A DNA stretch of 61,068 nucleotides from a virus (taxonomy: Duplodnaviria; Caudoviricetes): positions 1-61,068 of the IMG/VR virus record IMGVR_UViG_3300019487_000034. One strand, 5' to 3'. Under the pieces are notes generated by a model. That model was not told the origin of the DNA. It was given only the letters and a program-made list of their open reading frames with translations, and made no database searches. Every line of letters begins with the position of its first letter. Within the stretch, counting starts at the first letter, position 1. Position numbers and translations under genes: made by a program. This document shows, in pieces, positions 37,101 to 46,976 of this stretch.

Positions 37101-39362
37101 CTCGCCTGTATATACGCCCGCCCGACGTAGTAATACTCGCATTCCACTGGAGAGGTGGTCGGTATTTCCCGAACCGAGGGTGACCGTGGCCATATCCCCG
37201 TCGCCAGAGATTGATCCACCGGTGATATCGGACAGGGGGTTGACGTATTCAATACGGAGAGGCCGAGTTGCCTCTTCCGAGTAGAAGGCGATATCCCCAC
37301 GTACGAAGTTAACAGCAGTTGCTGCATCGGCAACGTTGCGGAGGGGCATGACCTGCCCGGTGCGCCGGCCGACCAACTGAACACCTGCCTGAATAGTAAT
37401 GACATCGACCACCCCCGAGACGAGGATGTCCGTGGGGGTGGAGTCTGAGCTGGAGAGGACCTCGAGTTCCTGGGAGGCCGACAGGGCATCGGAGAGGATT
37501 GTATCCCCGGGGAGGAAAGGGGAATCAGACTGTAGGGTTAACTTGTCAGTGAAGAGTCCCACGGATCCCGTGACACCGGCATCATCCCAGTCACTTGTGG
37601 TAATCGACTCGTTGGAGACCCAGATGTTAATGGTGGTACCCGAGGCGCCGACCTGGATTATATTGAAGGAACCATTGTGACGGGAGTAACTCATGTCCTC
37701 TGCGGTAATCTGATCCCCGACCGAGATTATCGTGTTGACGTTGGCATCATTTACAGTTAGTGCCGTTCCCGCACTATTCCGTAGGGAAAGTGCCGGGACG
37801 GTAAGAGTGTATCGAGTGGAGCCCCCACCTACCAGCGGATCAAAAGCGACAGCCGTGCAGGTGGCCCAGTTATCACCGAGACCAGTTCCCGTAATGTATC
37901 CCCGGGACCGGCCAGGAGTCTGACCAGTCTCCCACAGTGCCGGTGCTATGACCGTCGTGGAGGCTAGTCGTTGGAATAGCGAGGGCAATGCGGAACCGAA
38001 TAGATAGCTGGTACCTGATTCCGAATATTCCCGAACAGAATACAGATTACCTCCGAGGGCTCCAACTACCCTCGATTCGCCCGCAATCCTGTAGGTGTCG
38101 ATGTGGGTTGCCCAGCCCTCTCGGCCCGTGGGCGCATCCCCGTAGATCTCCGTGTGGTCGAGGCCCCAGATTGTCAACTGCGGACGAGTGTCCGTGCCGC
38201 TTGCGGTTAGCGTCGTATCCGTGACACAGATCTCTGTACTGCGTATAGTGGCATATTCCCAGTAGATCGTGAATGAATTGGCTCCGGGGTTCTGGAACGT
38301 TACCGATATGGTATTGGAGGCGGAGTCATATTCGATCTCATCCGGGATGACCATTTCCAGATCGGTACCATTGGAAACGTAAACGCCGGGGAAGATGAAT
38401 GCTCGTTCGGCATTGGGAATAGTGATCGTATAGGTACTGCCAGAGAGGGAGCCCGTCTTGAAGTTAGCCGAGGGGGCAGCAGAGAGAATCACGAAATAGT
38501 CTGCTGCAACTCCAGTACTATTCGTGACTATTACTGTCACACTTCCCGTGACTGTATCGATCGTCAGTGATTCCGGATCTACGAGATCCCGGTTGGTACC
38601 ATTATCACGGTACACCTGGGCGATGATATTGAAGTTGGAGAGCTGGTGCGTCGCTGCGGTGATCGGCCCACCCGTTAACGTGGTGGGTGTCCCGGTCCCG
38701 GGAACAGAGGTATTGCCTGAGACGTAGGTACTGCCGGTGACTGCATCCTTATCCGCATAATAGGTGAACACCGAGATCGGAGATCCCGTGCCATTTGTAT
38801 AATCAATGTCAATGTCAAATGAGGTCTCATCCACATTGATATTATCCCAGAGGACATACCGATTGGAGAGATTGGAAGCCGAGAGAGACTCCGCAACACC
38901 AACGAATAGGTTGATGGTACCCAGGCCATGAGTAGTTCCCGGCACGGTGAGGGTATTGGTACCCGTCTGGAAGGTCTGCCGGATCTGCTGGAAGAAGCCT
39001 GGATAATACTTAACTGAGTCAGTGGTGGTAAACGGTCCAGCCCCAATATTGGCACTGAGTCGGCCGTAGACAACCATCGGGCTGGAGCGAACCGTTAGGA
39101 GGTCGATGGTGGCCAGTTCAATGGCACTGTCGAGGGTGAAGCAAATCTGATTATTCGGATCATCATACTCGACTGAGACTACTCGGACTGGGAAGTTCCC
39201 GGCATAGCCTGCATAGCCGGGGCGGCCCCGGGCAATTCCCTGGACCACGTCGGCATTGAGCGCATCACGGACATATCCGGGGGGAATCTGATTCTCGGGA
39301 CTCCGAGCGTCAATCCCCTGGAATGGGTCCTCTTTGATAAGGGAGAACGTCGTAGCTGCCAT
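34155..39362 (-). CDS. Tail nozzle / packaged-DNA stabilisation protein with large insertions
   Basis: N-terminal FQGID...DALNAD...RPGY; C-terminal propeller-like VFKENSIY, GIGC.APNSV, VYD...AWTRY; follows adaptor. Confidence 0.7.
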   Translation of the reverse strand: MAATTFSLIKEDPFQGIDARSPENQIPPGYVRDALNADVVQGIARGRPGYAGYAGNFPVRVVSVEYDDPNNQICFTLDSAIELATIDLLTVRSSPMVVYGRLSANIGAGPFTTTDSVKYYPGFFQQIRQTFQTGTNTLTVPGTTHGLGTINLFVGVAESLSASNLSNRYVLWDNINVDETSFDIDIDYTNGTGSPISVFTYYADKDAVTGSTYVSGNTSVPGTGTPTTLTGGPITAATHQLSNFNIIAQVYRDNGTNRDLVDPESLTIDTVTGSVTVIVTNSTGVAADYFVILSAAPSANFKTGSLSGSTYTITIPNAERAFIFPGVYVSNGTDLEMVIPDEIEYDSASNTISVTFQNPGANSFTIYWEYATIRSTEICVTDTTLTASGTDTRPQLTIWGLDHTEIYGDAPTGREGWATHIDTYRIAGESRVVGALGGNLYSVREYSESGTSYLFGSALPSLFQRLASTTVIAPALWETGQTPGRSRGYITGTGLGDNWATCTAVAFDPLVGGGSTRYTLTVPALSLRNSAGTALTVNDANVNTIISVGDQITAEDMSYSRHNGSFNIIQVGASGTTINIWVSNESITTSDWDDAGVTGSVGLFTDKLTLQSDSPFLPGDTILSDALSASQELEVLSSSDSTPTDILVSGVVDVITIQAGVQLVGRRTGQVMPLRNVADAATAVNFVRGDIAFYSEEATRPLRIEYVNPLSDITGGSISGDGDMATVTLGSGNTDHLSSGMRVLLRRAGVYTGEVLIEDVPSQTTFTFVSTETDTVSGTAVVVGHTVHLGEPIEWEDTTSDTNTLQVDRRLIPVEAPDDSYTLTPSTHIRYFDANTFGDQPFLRSCMVSDTLFLENGDDEAMKFDGSSLFRAGLFKWQPGVFIQTDTAPTARIVTSLRSVAYTARDATRGRLTVAAEEDLDVLPIGTKVRLTGSTELYTIISTTATSTPAYFIFLDRSLDTGVAATGTLSESAVFKYYYRLNAVDQNQNVIASAVAQSEDYSVELTQDAAIHHKLVGFPAWDNYDYDAIYVQVYRTKANTSAPFYRVFQQRLPFNGADGYVEFSDSFRDSNLLDLDPINTALKGTELGVGWQEPLRAECITSAAGTAILGNVRDYPQLDMQLFGDSTVTATQLSGSIFEFRRDVNDTTGTTDMLNRARYEFRTDSTAFSIVISEPATPGTYFEVNTGLPHGLVDGNWVYIYYSALSTPSTANRPITYSGWWQVDVQSVTVFRVNYTGAGGSGGIVPFHPERLVRAAAGADIPILLGNDGNSSAASANTTLQLFQAGRRLALAINASMRNVDTTLTGYTTFVPWVIAIGGNDTGVSGRVLIRQPRVDEEALGMRLVALGTNFRVFVNDVERASGTTVSSQTALFPSRILIGYENFPEIFDNPTAILDTDSDSAVDINPADGQEVTVIVPFFGEAAFGAAQQSSVIVVFKENSIYLVDVNEKRAGRNPVQRIETEGIGCTAPNSVSVTKNGIMFANESGIYALRRNLVVEYVGKLMERNWDRVDRTQLELAQGHHYTVGRKYKLSVPLLSETRTSEVFVYDHTNEVEKGVGAWTRYDNHPTTGWCNLNQDAFFCTSTGRMMVIRRMGDEVDYQDDHAAYTFRLQLRANDFGQSGSRKIYDSIYIGYRTAVPSNAQVGTAVDTEQEYVNVTGARIVVPGTNLDGASDAVGRDVLTVRHNTSRRKGVSMSVQVETSTRLETVEIASVEFRVASVGSKGILEAIQTGTDA

Positions 39363-39411
39363 TACTGGAGATCTCCGTTATCTAAGATTATCAATGAGAA
39401 GGTCGCTGCCA

Positions 39412-40410
39412 TCAGCTCCCCGACTGTGTAGGGAACCACCGGCGGTGTGTGCGTCCCCAGGCGGAACTCCGCCGCTGGATGCGCATGGTCGTTTCACGGG
39501 CAGTTCCGTATTTCTCGATCTGTTTCTCGAACTTATCCAGTACCTGTTCTTCGGTGGCAGCCTCGCCCCCCAGGGAACGCACGATCTCGGCCACTGTGAA
39601 CTCCACGAGGAAGTTCCGTAGAGCACCAGACGGAGGGATACAGGTCCCCCGGATACTGCACACGTAGTCATCTAGTCCGACCGTCGGGGTCTCGGAACTG
39701 GTGGGAAGTGTTCCGTCGACAGTACGATTCAGCACTGAGGTGCGAATGGGACTGGACCGGAATGTGATCTGCTGAGCATCGATTACGGAGATCTGACCGG
39801 TCCACTTCACGGTGCCGGTCTGACCGTCGACGAGATTGACGTATGATTCGAGGGTATCGGCTTCTGTCGAGAGGTCATCTCCCAACGTGTCGACGATGAT
39901 ATAATTACCGGGCTGATTATATGCGGTGATCCGGCCCTGCGGCAGGACGGCCTGCTCGGGTTCCAGGACGTACCAGATGCGGGCCGGGTAGGTTCCGGTG
40001 GGGGCCGTGGGGAATCGAAGCTTCCGGCCCACAACAGTGTACACAGGGGGAGTTGCGCTGGGGTTCCTGGACTCGAATTTCCAGGCATCGTAATAGCCAA
40101 CACGACGAACTTCGACCGTTGTGATCTGCCCGTTGGACCCCTCAGACGTGACGATCTCGACCCGGCTGATCCGGTCCTCGAAGCAATCCTCGGGGAGATC
40201 ATACTCCTGGGCAGTTGTGAGCACCAGGGGGGCGTGAGTGAGGTACGGCTCTGGGTATCTGCGAGCGAGCGTATCGAATGCATAATCTTGGGCCCGATTA
40301 ATGGTGGGCAGGATGCGATTCGGTATACTAACTGAGTCGATATTCAACTCGTCGAGCTGCTCTTGGATCTCCGATACGAGATCGTCGATTGTACTGAGTC
40401 GTCTGGGCAT
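39412..40410 (-). CDS. Putative head-tail adaptor
   Basis: INRAQ, EYDLPED, LRFPTAP pattern; position before nozzle. Confidence 0.6.
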   Translation of the reverse strand: MPRRLSTIDDLVSEIQEQLDELNIDSVSIPNRILPTINRAQDYAFDTLARRYPEPYLTHAPLVLTTAQEYDLPEDCFEDRISRVEIVTSEGSNGQITTVEVRRVGYYDAWKFESRNPSATPPVYTVVGRKLRFPTAPTGTYPARIWYVLEPEQAVLPQGRITAYNQPGNYIIVDTLGDDLSTEADTLESYVNLVDGQTGTVKWTGQISVIDAQQITFRSSPIRTSVLNRTVDGTLPTSSETPTVGLDDYVCSIRGTCIPPSGALRNFLVEFTVAEIVRSLGGEAATEEQVLDKFEKQIEKYGTARETTMRIQRRSSAWGRTHRRWFPTQSGS

Positions 40411-40458
40411 GTATCACCCGATTAATATTGGTCACACGATGGAAGCCGAACAAGCTTC

Positions 40459-40746
40459 TCAGTATTGCTCGTCGCTCATCGGCTCGTCGCCACTGGCCTT
40501 CTCAGCCTTAGCGGTCAGTCCCCGCTTGCGGACCTCAGCCAACAGATCCTCATCGGAAGCGTCGGCCAGGGCACCATCGGTTTCGCCCTCGGCCTCACCT
40601 GCCAACTCATTGGACAGGTCGGCGTCCATCTCGGCCGGGGTCTCTTCTCCCTCGTCTGCCGGTTCCATTTCGAGTTCCATGACTGTAACATCGTCCAGCG
40701 GTTTCTTCTTCGCTGGCATGTTCATCTTGCTGAGCTTACCTGCCAT
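40459..40746 (-). CDS. Acidic hypothetical protein
   Basis: GGGAGAG RBS; SDEDLLAEVRKRG. Confidence 0.7.
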   Translation of the reverse strand: MAGKLSKMNMPAKKKPLDDVTVMELEMEPADEGEETPAEMDADLSNELAGEAEGETDGALADASDEDLLAEVRKRGLTAKAEKASGDEPMSDEQY

Positions 40747-40771
40747 TGTTCTCTCCCGGACCCTGAGTGGG

Positions 40772-40975
40772 TCATCCGAATAACTGATTAATGAGGACAG
40801 TACCCAGGGCCCCTATGACCGCCAGGAATACAGTAGTTGAAATGCGAGCATGCCCACGAAGCCACTCGATAGCTGACTCGGCCTTGGTAACCCTCTCTAG
40901 ATGATTGTCCAATTTGGATTCAATCCTGTCGAGACGAGTACCAATGCCGTCCAGCCTGTCATTGAGGTCAGACAT
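40772..40975 (-). CDS. Small coiled-coil plus C-terminal TM protein (XhlA/holin-like)
   Basis: LDRIESKLD...VFLAVIGALGTVLI. Confidence 0.6.
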   Translation of the reverse strand: MSDLNDRLDGIGTRLDRIESKLDNHLERVTKAESAIEWLRGHARISTTVFLAVIGALGTVLINQLFG

Positions 40976-40976
40976 G

Positions 40977-41005
40977 ATGCTACCAGATACCTAGTGAAAA
41001 GTCAA
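40977..41005 (-). promoter_or_regulatory. Sigma70-type promoter
   Basis: TTGACT-N17-TAGCAT with extended TG. Confidence 0.5.
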
Positions 41006-41015
41006 TGATCATCTG

Positions 41016-41933
41016 CTAACTCCCCAGAATTACACGAGCTACGAACAATAGGTCACCACCTGAATGAGGCTCATCTGAGTCTCCCGGCTGGAATCCGGAA
41101 TCTCCATCGGAACGCTGGGTACGCCATTCCTCCGACCAATCCCGGCCCGTGGCTAGACGATCAGCGGGCCACGTGCCGAGGAGAAGCTCAGTCGCACGGG
41201 ACTGCTCCCCGTCCGTATACCGGTGGTACAGGGCGTGTGCCAGGGGATTCTGGGACATGTGCTGTAGAATGTCGGTGAGAGTTCCCAGCTCGCTAGCAGT
41301 TAAGCCGCCATGCATTTCTCCGAGGAGATGCAGATTGAGGAGAGTCAGATGTGACTGGAATCCGGGGGCGGAGCTGAGCGGGTTGACTGTCAGAAGCGAT
41401 CGCTCCCAATGGTTCTCTCCGCCCAACTTGTAGATCAGTTCGGCCAGGAGGCCGACAGTGCCGGGCCTGAGGTATACCCGATCGAAGTGCTCAGCCGCAT
41501 TACGTTCCTCACCCATCTTCCAATTATTCTCCGAGCCGTAGGCCCACAGATTCTCAGCTACGTCTAGCCTCTTGAATTCCCAGATCCACACGAAGAGACC
41601 CATCAGCATATCACGACTGATGTCGGAGCTGCATTTGACAGCATACTCGGGCCCCGGGAGTCGGTGCCAGTGACCCAGCTCAGATTCAGCCGCCTCGAGA
41701 TCCCCCGGCTCGCCGAGGCCGACCTGAGTCAGTGCAGTGAATAACAGAGCGTCACAGGCATCGCTGACATCCCATGCTCTCGGTGCCAATGACCGGATCA
41801 GGGCACGACGCTCTCGTAGAGCATCAAGATCACCCGAGGATTCTCGTGCAGGTTCCCGACGCCGTTCGCAGGAAGTCAGCGGGAATAGGAGGATTGCAAT
41901 AGCTAGTACTAACCAACGATATCCTGGGAGCAT
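41016..41933 (-). CDS. Putative lipoprotein of unknown function
   Basis: Signal plus lipobox LTSC; helical body with SRDML motif. Confidence 0.65.
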   Translation of the reverse strand: MLPGYRWLVLAIAILLFPLTSCERRREPARESSGDLDALRERRALIRSLAPRAWDVSDACDALLFTALTQVGLGEPGDLEAAESELGHWHRLPGPEYAVKCSSDISRDMLMGLFVWIWEFKRLDVAENLWAYGSENNWKMGEERNAAEHFDRVYLRPGTVGLLAELIYKLGGENHWERSLLTVNPLSSAPGFQSHLTLLNLHLLGEMHGGLTASELGTLTDILQHMSQNPLAHALYHRYTDGEQSRATELLLGTWPADRLATGRDWSEEWRTQRSDGDSGFQPGDSDEPHSGGDLLFVARVILGS

Positions 41934-42355
41934 TAGAATCGCCTCCGACGAACTGCTCGTTTAACTGCAGCGGCTGGAGTTGCAATAGGAGTAGCAAGAG
42001 GTGCAGATGCGGGAGTGGCAGATGCGGGGGCTGCCGGTGCCGGTTGCTGCAGTTGTTCAATTCGAGAAGTAGGAGCTGGCGCCGGAGCTGGGGTGTTCGG
42101 GAATGGGTTCCCAACACCCGCTACTAGGATTTGCTCTGGTGGCTTGAATGATCCGGGCTTCCCTACCTGGATTCCCTGTCCACTTCCCAACACTATGCCA
42201 CCCTGTGGAGGACCCTCGGGAAGTTTACGGATATCATCAATTTTGATATTGGCGTTGATGGGTTTAGCCGCCGGAGCTGGTACAGGTTTCTTCTGCAGTT
42301 CCTGTACCGCTTTCGTCGCCTCTCTCATTGCTGACTTAATCGCCTTGAATGCCAT
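41933..42355 (-). CDS. Pro/Ala-rich hypothetical protein
   Basis: Operon packing. Confidence 0.6.
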   Translation of the reverse strand: MAFKAIKSAMREATKAVQELQKKPVPAPAAKPINANIKIDDIRKLPEGPPQGGIVLGSGQGIQVGKPGSFKPPEQILVAGVGNPFPNTPAPAPAPTSRIEQLQQPAPAAPASATPASAPLATPIATPAAAVKRAVRRRRF

Positions 42356-42358
42356 AGA

Positions 42359-45148
42359 TTAGAACCTGTAGAGTTCCTCAATATGTAGTTCGCCGTATAA
42401 GGCGATGCCGGTGCCGGCGGCGTTCTGAATACTCTCGTGACCTATACGCACCGTCGCTCCCGATGCCAATGATAATACATGATCAATGTTGGAGAAGCTG
42501 AATGCACCGAAGGCTGCGTTCCGATTGGCTGCTCCATAGCCGAAGGCCAGCTGTAAAGTGTCGCCAGTTCCGTATGCACTGCCACCAGTACGCAATTCGA
42601 AGTTCACTTGAGATTGATTGTCTACTGCTGTGCCCGAACGCATTCCCAGCCGACCGGTTGTTATCCGGTACACCGCTGCATAGGGAGGTACAAGTGTTTG
42701 GTATTCAGTGCGTGTAGTAGTGGAAGTCGATGCCACGCCAGATCCAGTAGACACAGATGCACGGTACTTCAGCGGATAGGCGATCACTTGCCACGTATTG
42801 GTCGATTGATCAGCTCGGAGTGTTACAGACTGTGCCTCCATGGCAAGTGGGAAAGTCGTAAGCGCACCCTCAATGGTTTCAGAAGCGTTACCATCGACGA
42901 TGACTAAATTTGTTCCGCTACTGACCTTCTTCACGGTAATCGTACGACCGTAGTTGTTCGCCAGAGCAGGTAGCAGGATCGTTCGGTCCGCACCACTGGG
43001 GACTACTAGTATGGTGTCATAGCCATCAGTGTCCGTGATCGTGTAATTGGCACCACTCACATAGTTTGTGCGAGACTTCTCTCTTGGCGCCGAGGTGGTG
43101 ACAAGGCCAGCTGAGCCGGAGGTTGCGATACCGAATCCGGCCGCTTGACCCGCTTTAGTCTTTACGATGCGCCACGTAAAATTAGGATCGGCATCAATTG
43201 ATGACCAGTTAGTTCCGGCTGCGCCAAAAGTAGCACCACTAGAGTGGCGGTATTGGCCGAAATTGGCATCTATATCTGTAGAGTTAACGATGGTTAACCC
43301 GGCTCCGTACGTGACACCATTTTGCGTATGGAAATTCTGGACATAACTTTGAATCTCTCCGACCTCGGCCCAGGTCACACCGGCGTTTAATGACACTTGG
43401 AGTTCAACTCTGTCGCTCGACTGGAACGGGGTTTGAAGCCTTACACGCTTCTGTCTTTCGGCCGTAAAGTTGCCGAACTGACCACCACCGGGTCCATACG
43501 CAAACGCCGTCGTGTCATTTGCATCGGTAGTACTAGTGTTGTACGCATATTCCACATCATTCTGGGCGACATTAAGCGTGCCACTACCCTGGAGTTGGCT
43601 AATGAGAACTGTTGCATGAACTGCAACATCGAATGGGCCTGCGCCGATGTTGTTCGGGGCTAACTCACTGTAAATATCTGAAGCGGTATAGGCACGGGAC
43701 ATAGCGACATAGGCATTACCTGATGTAGCAATGATCGTTCGTGTATTATCGCTTGCGACCTCGGTCCACATGTCCCCGATTACCTGAGTTGATGCATAGC
43801 TTCCGACAGTATAGGAACTGGGCAGTCCGATGGAACTACTACCACCTGTCGTAGTTCCGGAGGTAAACTTACCCTGTAATTCAATCGAATCTCCGACACG
43901 TCGCCAGTAAAAGGAACTATTAGTAGTAGTTCCCCAGCCCGCACCGTAGGTAGGCGTGTATGCGGCCCACTCGCCAACAACTGCACCCTGGGGCTGAATT
44001 CCCGGGCCTACTACGATTCCCGCTACATTGAGGGTAGCTGAACCTGAGCCACTCGTGCGGGCGAAGCGCAGAGTATAGCCGGTAGAGCTATCGGCGTCGA
44101 AGGTAGTCGTGAACTTGCCGGTCTGATTCGGAAGTGTAGTAGCTCCACTGGAGTCAGTGGACAGTGCCATCCTGGTGGGACCTGCCGTGTTGTAGACACT
44201 GACGGTCCACTCCCCGGAGACGAAGCCCGAGCCGGGACGCATCCAGATGTCCACCTTGAGTTTGCGATTCTTGAGAGCCTCACCCGGTGTCATCGTATAG
44301 GAGTTGTAGTTAGTCGTCTCGGTACCATTGCCCGTGGCGACGAACTGAATAGCTGTGTCAATTGTTCCGCCCAGAGGGAGATCGCCTGCCGTAGTCGTCG
44401 TGACTGGCGTAGCGAATACTGTACCCGTCTCGGTCCATCCCACAGCATCCGAGGGACTCTCCACGAGGTTCAGCTCGCCGGAACTACCGGAGCCCACCTC
44501 GAATAGGCTGGAGCCATTGTCCGCATAGAGTTTGTCGAGGTCCGAGGCATACCAGAGGGTGGCCTCCTTACGGGTCAGTCCATCCAGTGTTGCCTTGGCT
44601 GCCTTCGGCAGAGTGATACGGCTAGTATTAGATGCAGTACCGCCGTCAATGTCCTTATTAGTGAATACTTCGGTGCCGGCCAGCGTGGCCAGTGTTCCCG
44701 TGTTCGGTGTGGTGACGTTGGTAACACCGGTAGTAGTTAACGTGAGGCTATTCCCGCCCACATTCCGGAGATCCCCGGAGAGTTCCAGAGTACGGTTGCC
44801 ATCGTCCGCATCTAGAGTCAGTGTTCGGTTAGCCGTGAGAGTGGACGTAGACTGGACGGCCAGGTTAAATGCAGAGTCAGTATCATCGAGACTGAAGGTA
44901 TCCACCGACGTGAATGATCCATCGGTAGAGGAGGGAGCTGTCAGAGTCGGCGAGGTGAGCGTCTTATTAGTGAGGGTCTGAGTAGCGTCGATCTCGACCA
45001 GCACCTGAGTGGTGTCGGTTGTCGGCGCCAGCTGGACATCCGTGGATGCCGTGTAGGTCACTGCCTGGTTGGGGCGCAGGGTGATGGCCCTGGTATCCTT
45101 GCGGAACACAGTTGCTACTAGTTCAGATAGAGTACCGAATAATTTCAC
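42359..45148 (-). CDS. Tail fibre / receptor-binding protein
   Basis: Thr/Ser/Gly-rich, TQTLTNKTLT repeats, modular C-terminus. Confidence 0.75.
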   Translation of the reverse strand: MKLFGTLSELVATVFRKDTRAITLRPNQAVTYTASTDVQLAPTTDTTQVLVEIDATQTLTNKTLTSPTLTAPSSTDGSFTSVDTFSLDDTDSAFNLAVQSTSTLTANRTLTLDADDGNRTLELSGDLRNVGGNSLTLTTTGVTNVTTPNTGTLATLAGTEVFTNKDIDGGTASNTSRITLPKAAKATLDGLTRKEATLWYASDLDKLYADNGSSLFEVGSGSSGELNLVESPSDAVGWTETGTVFATPVTTTTAGDLPLGGTIDTAIQFVATGNGTETTNYNSYTMTPGEALKNRKLKVDIWMRPGSGFVSGEWTVSVYNTAGPTRMALSTDSSGATTLPNQTGKFTTTFDADSSTGYTLRFARTSGSGSATLNVAGIVVGPGIQPQGAVVGEWAAYTPTYGAGWGTTTNSSFYWRRVGDSIELQGKFTSGTTTGGSSSIGLPSSYTVGSYASTQVIGDMWTEVASDNTRTIIATSGNAYVAMSRAYTASDIYSELAPNNIGAGPFDVAVHATVLISQLQGSGTLNVAQNDVEYAYNTSTTDANDTTAFAYGPGGGQFGNFTAERQKRVRLQTPFQSSDRVELQVSLNAGVTWAEVGEIQSYVQNFHTQNGVTYGAGLTIVNSTDIDANFGQYRHSSGATFGAAGTNWSSIDADPNFTWRIVKTKAGQAAGFGIATSGSAGLVTTSAPREKSRTNYVSGANYTITDTDGYDTILVVPSGADRTILLPALANNYGRTITVKKVSSGTNLVIVDGNASETIEGALTTFPLAMEAQSVTLRADQSTNTWQVIAYPLKYRASVSTGSGVASTSTTTRTEYQTLVPPYAAVYRITTGRLGMRSGTAVDNQSQVNFELRTGGSAYGTGDTLQLAFGYGAANRNAAFGAFSFSNIDHVLSLASGATVRIGHESIQNAAGTGIALYGELHIEELYRF

Positions 45149-45162
45149 GGGTCATCTCCTAT

Positions 45163-45268
45163 TGTCCCCACCGGGGACGGATATACTAGTCGGCTTTCCG
45201 ACTCGTGGGAACTACTCGGGTGTGCGGCCCGAGTCGTTACAATTGAAGTCAGCCGCACCTGACAATTA
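45163..45268 (-). ncRNA. Compact intergenic structured RNA with kissing loops
   Basis: Hairpin loops GUGCGG and CCGCAC are complementary; two more hairpins before the RBS. Confidence 0.55.
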
Positions 45269-45269
45269 A

Positions 45270-46373
45270 TTATTGCGCCGTGATGAGTACACGCCAGCTG
45301 GACCCACCGGGGGCCTCGCTCGAGGTGAGCGTCACAACACTGGTGCTGGTCCGGATGATCGTATCAACGAAGATGGTCTCATCGTTGGTCATATCATAGA
45401 CCTCGACCTGGACATCCTTCGTGCCGAGCGAATGAGTGACCGCCTTGGTTGTGCCGTCGCCCGTGGTCCACGTGGCCTCGAAGGTATCATCGACCCAGGT
45501 GGCCGTCGTGCCGTTGCTCTTAAGTTTGGTACCCGAGGCGCCAATGGCCAAATTGGAGACCTGAGTAGTCGATGTGCCGATGAGCAGGGAGCCCGTAGCT
45601 AGGCCGGAGACTGTAAGGTTATCCAGGTTACGGGTGGCAGCATTGCTGGAGCCCGAGAATTGCGTAAAGGAGACAGGATCTGTGCCAACTGTCGTGACTT
45701 CGAGGGTCTCGACATATGCCTTATCGGCATTCGCAGTACCTTCACGGACGAAGACTGCCGAACCGGAGAACTCCGCAGCAGCATTCATGTCTTGTGAACG
45801 GGACGGTGCACCAGAGGCAGCAACGATGTAGATGCCGTTCTCTTCAGAAGCGGTCTGATCCTTCAAGAGGATCCGGTCGCCGGTGGCCAGCGTGACACCG
45901 TCGAGGGTATCACCATTCTCGTATGCGGTAGCGAGAGCACCGTTGGCCGTGGTGGCTGCCCGGACAGCATGCTTCCAGCTGAGACCGTTGACCAGGTTAT
46001 CAACGTAGGTGGTGCTAGCCTTCGAATCGATCTGGGTCTGGATGGCCGAGGTGACGCCGTCGAGGTACCCGAACTCGGTGTTACTAACAGATCCGTTGTG
46101 GATCTTAGCAGCATCAATAGCGGCGCCGCTCTTAATGTCGGCATTCTCGATGTTGGTGATCGAGTTACCCGTGCCATCGGCATCGAAAGTCTTGTTGGTG
46201 AACGTGGCCGTGGAGTTGGCCGAGACTAGCACATGATCGGCATCGCCCGGAGGGAACTGGAAGTCCCGTGACGCCGTGTACGTAGTCGCCTGGTTGGGAC
46301 GCAATGTCAGGTCCTGGCTATTCTTGCGGAACAGGAGGCTGACAAGTCGGGAGATAGAACCGAATACTTTCAT
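45270..46373 (-). CDS. Tail fibre protein
   Basis: LDGVTSAIQTQID, GLSWKHAVRAATT, GDRILLKDQT..ENGIY motifs. Confidence 0.8.
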   Translation of the reverse strand: MKVFGSISRLVSLLFRKNSQDLTLRPNQATTYTASRDFQFPPGDADHVLVSANSTATFTNKTFDADGTGNSITNIENADIKSGAAIDAAKIHNGSVSNTEFGYLDGVTSAIQTQIDSKASTTYVDNLVNGLSWKHAVRAATTANGALATAYENGDTLDGVTLATGDRILLKDQTASEENGIYIVAASGAPSRSQDMNAAAEFSGSAVFVREGTANADKAYVETLEVTTVGTDPVSFTQFSGSSNAATRNLDNLTVSGLATGSLLIGTSTTQVSNLAIGASGTKLKSNGTTATWVDDTFEATWTTGDGTTKAVTHSLGTKDVQVEVYDMTNDETIFVDTIIRTSTSVVTLTSSEAPGGSSWRVLITAQ

Positions 46374-46397
46374 TTAATTACTCCGGACCCCGAGGGG

Positions 46398-46976
46398 TCA
46401 GTCTGCGTGCACGACGACTCGCCAGGACGTCCCCGGCGACTCTGATGCATTTAGGGTTATTGCATTTGGACTAGTGACTGTTACTGAGTTTACACCAATT
46501 AGCTCATCGGTGTCAAGATCAATTACAGACACCACTACGTCTGGATTATCTAGGTTGTGGGTGAACGTGAAGGTAGGTCCATCGGCCGTGAGCCAGTCAG
46601 TCTCGGCGGATTGAACTCCCGTGGCCCCGGCCACCGACTGCCAACTGGCAGCAGTACCATTTGTCTGCAGGACCTTACCAGCCTGCCCCGACTGATCCGG
46701 TAATACTCCGGTAACAGTTGTGGCGAAGATGTTGAGTTCGGCTATCTCGTGACCAGAGGTACCGATATTAACAACACCACCGACGCCGGAACCGCCTGCA
46801 ATCTGGGACTGCGGCTCGAAAGTCATATCAGTGCGGGATCGGAAGTTAACCGAACTTGTGGAATCTATAGAGAGCGTGGATCCGAGAAGATCAATACGCT
46901 CCAGATTATAGCGGGCATTGGCCGTTAAATTGGAGTCTAATCTAAGACGTAGGTATCGAGATAGAGTGAATGCCAT
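46398..46976 (-). CDS. Minor tail/fibre protein
   Basis: LPDQSGQAGKVLQTNG linker; C-terminal domain similar to that of 45270-46373. Confidence 0.65.
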   Translation of the reverse strand: MAFTLSRYLRLRLDSNLTANARYNLERIDLLGSTLSIDSTSSVNFRSRTDMTFEPQSQIAGGSGVGGVVNIGTSGHEIAELNIFATTVTGVLPDQSGQAGKVLQTNGTAASWQSVAGATGVQSAETDWLTADGPTFTFTHNLDNPDVVVSVIDLDTDELIGVNSVTVTSPNAITLNASESPGTSWRVVVHAD

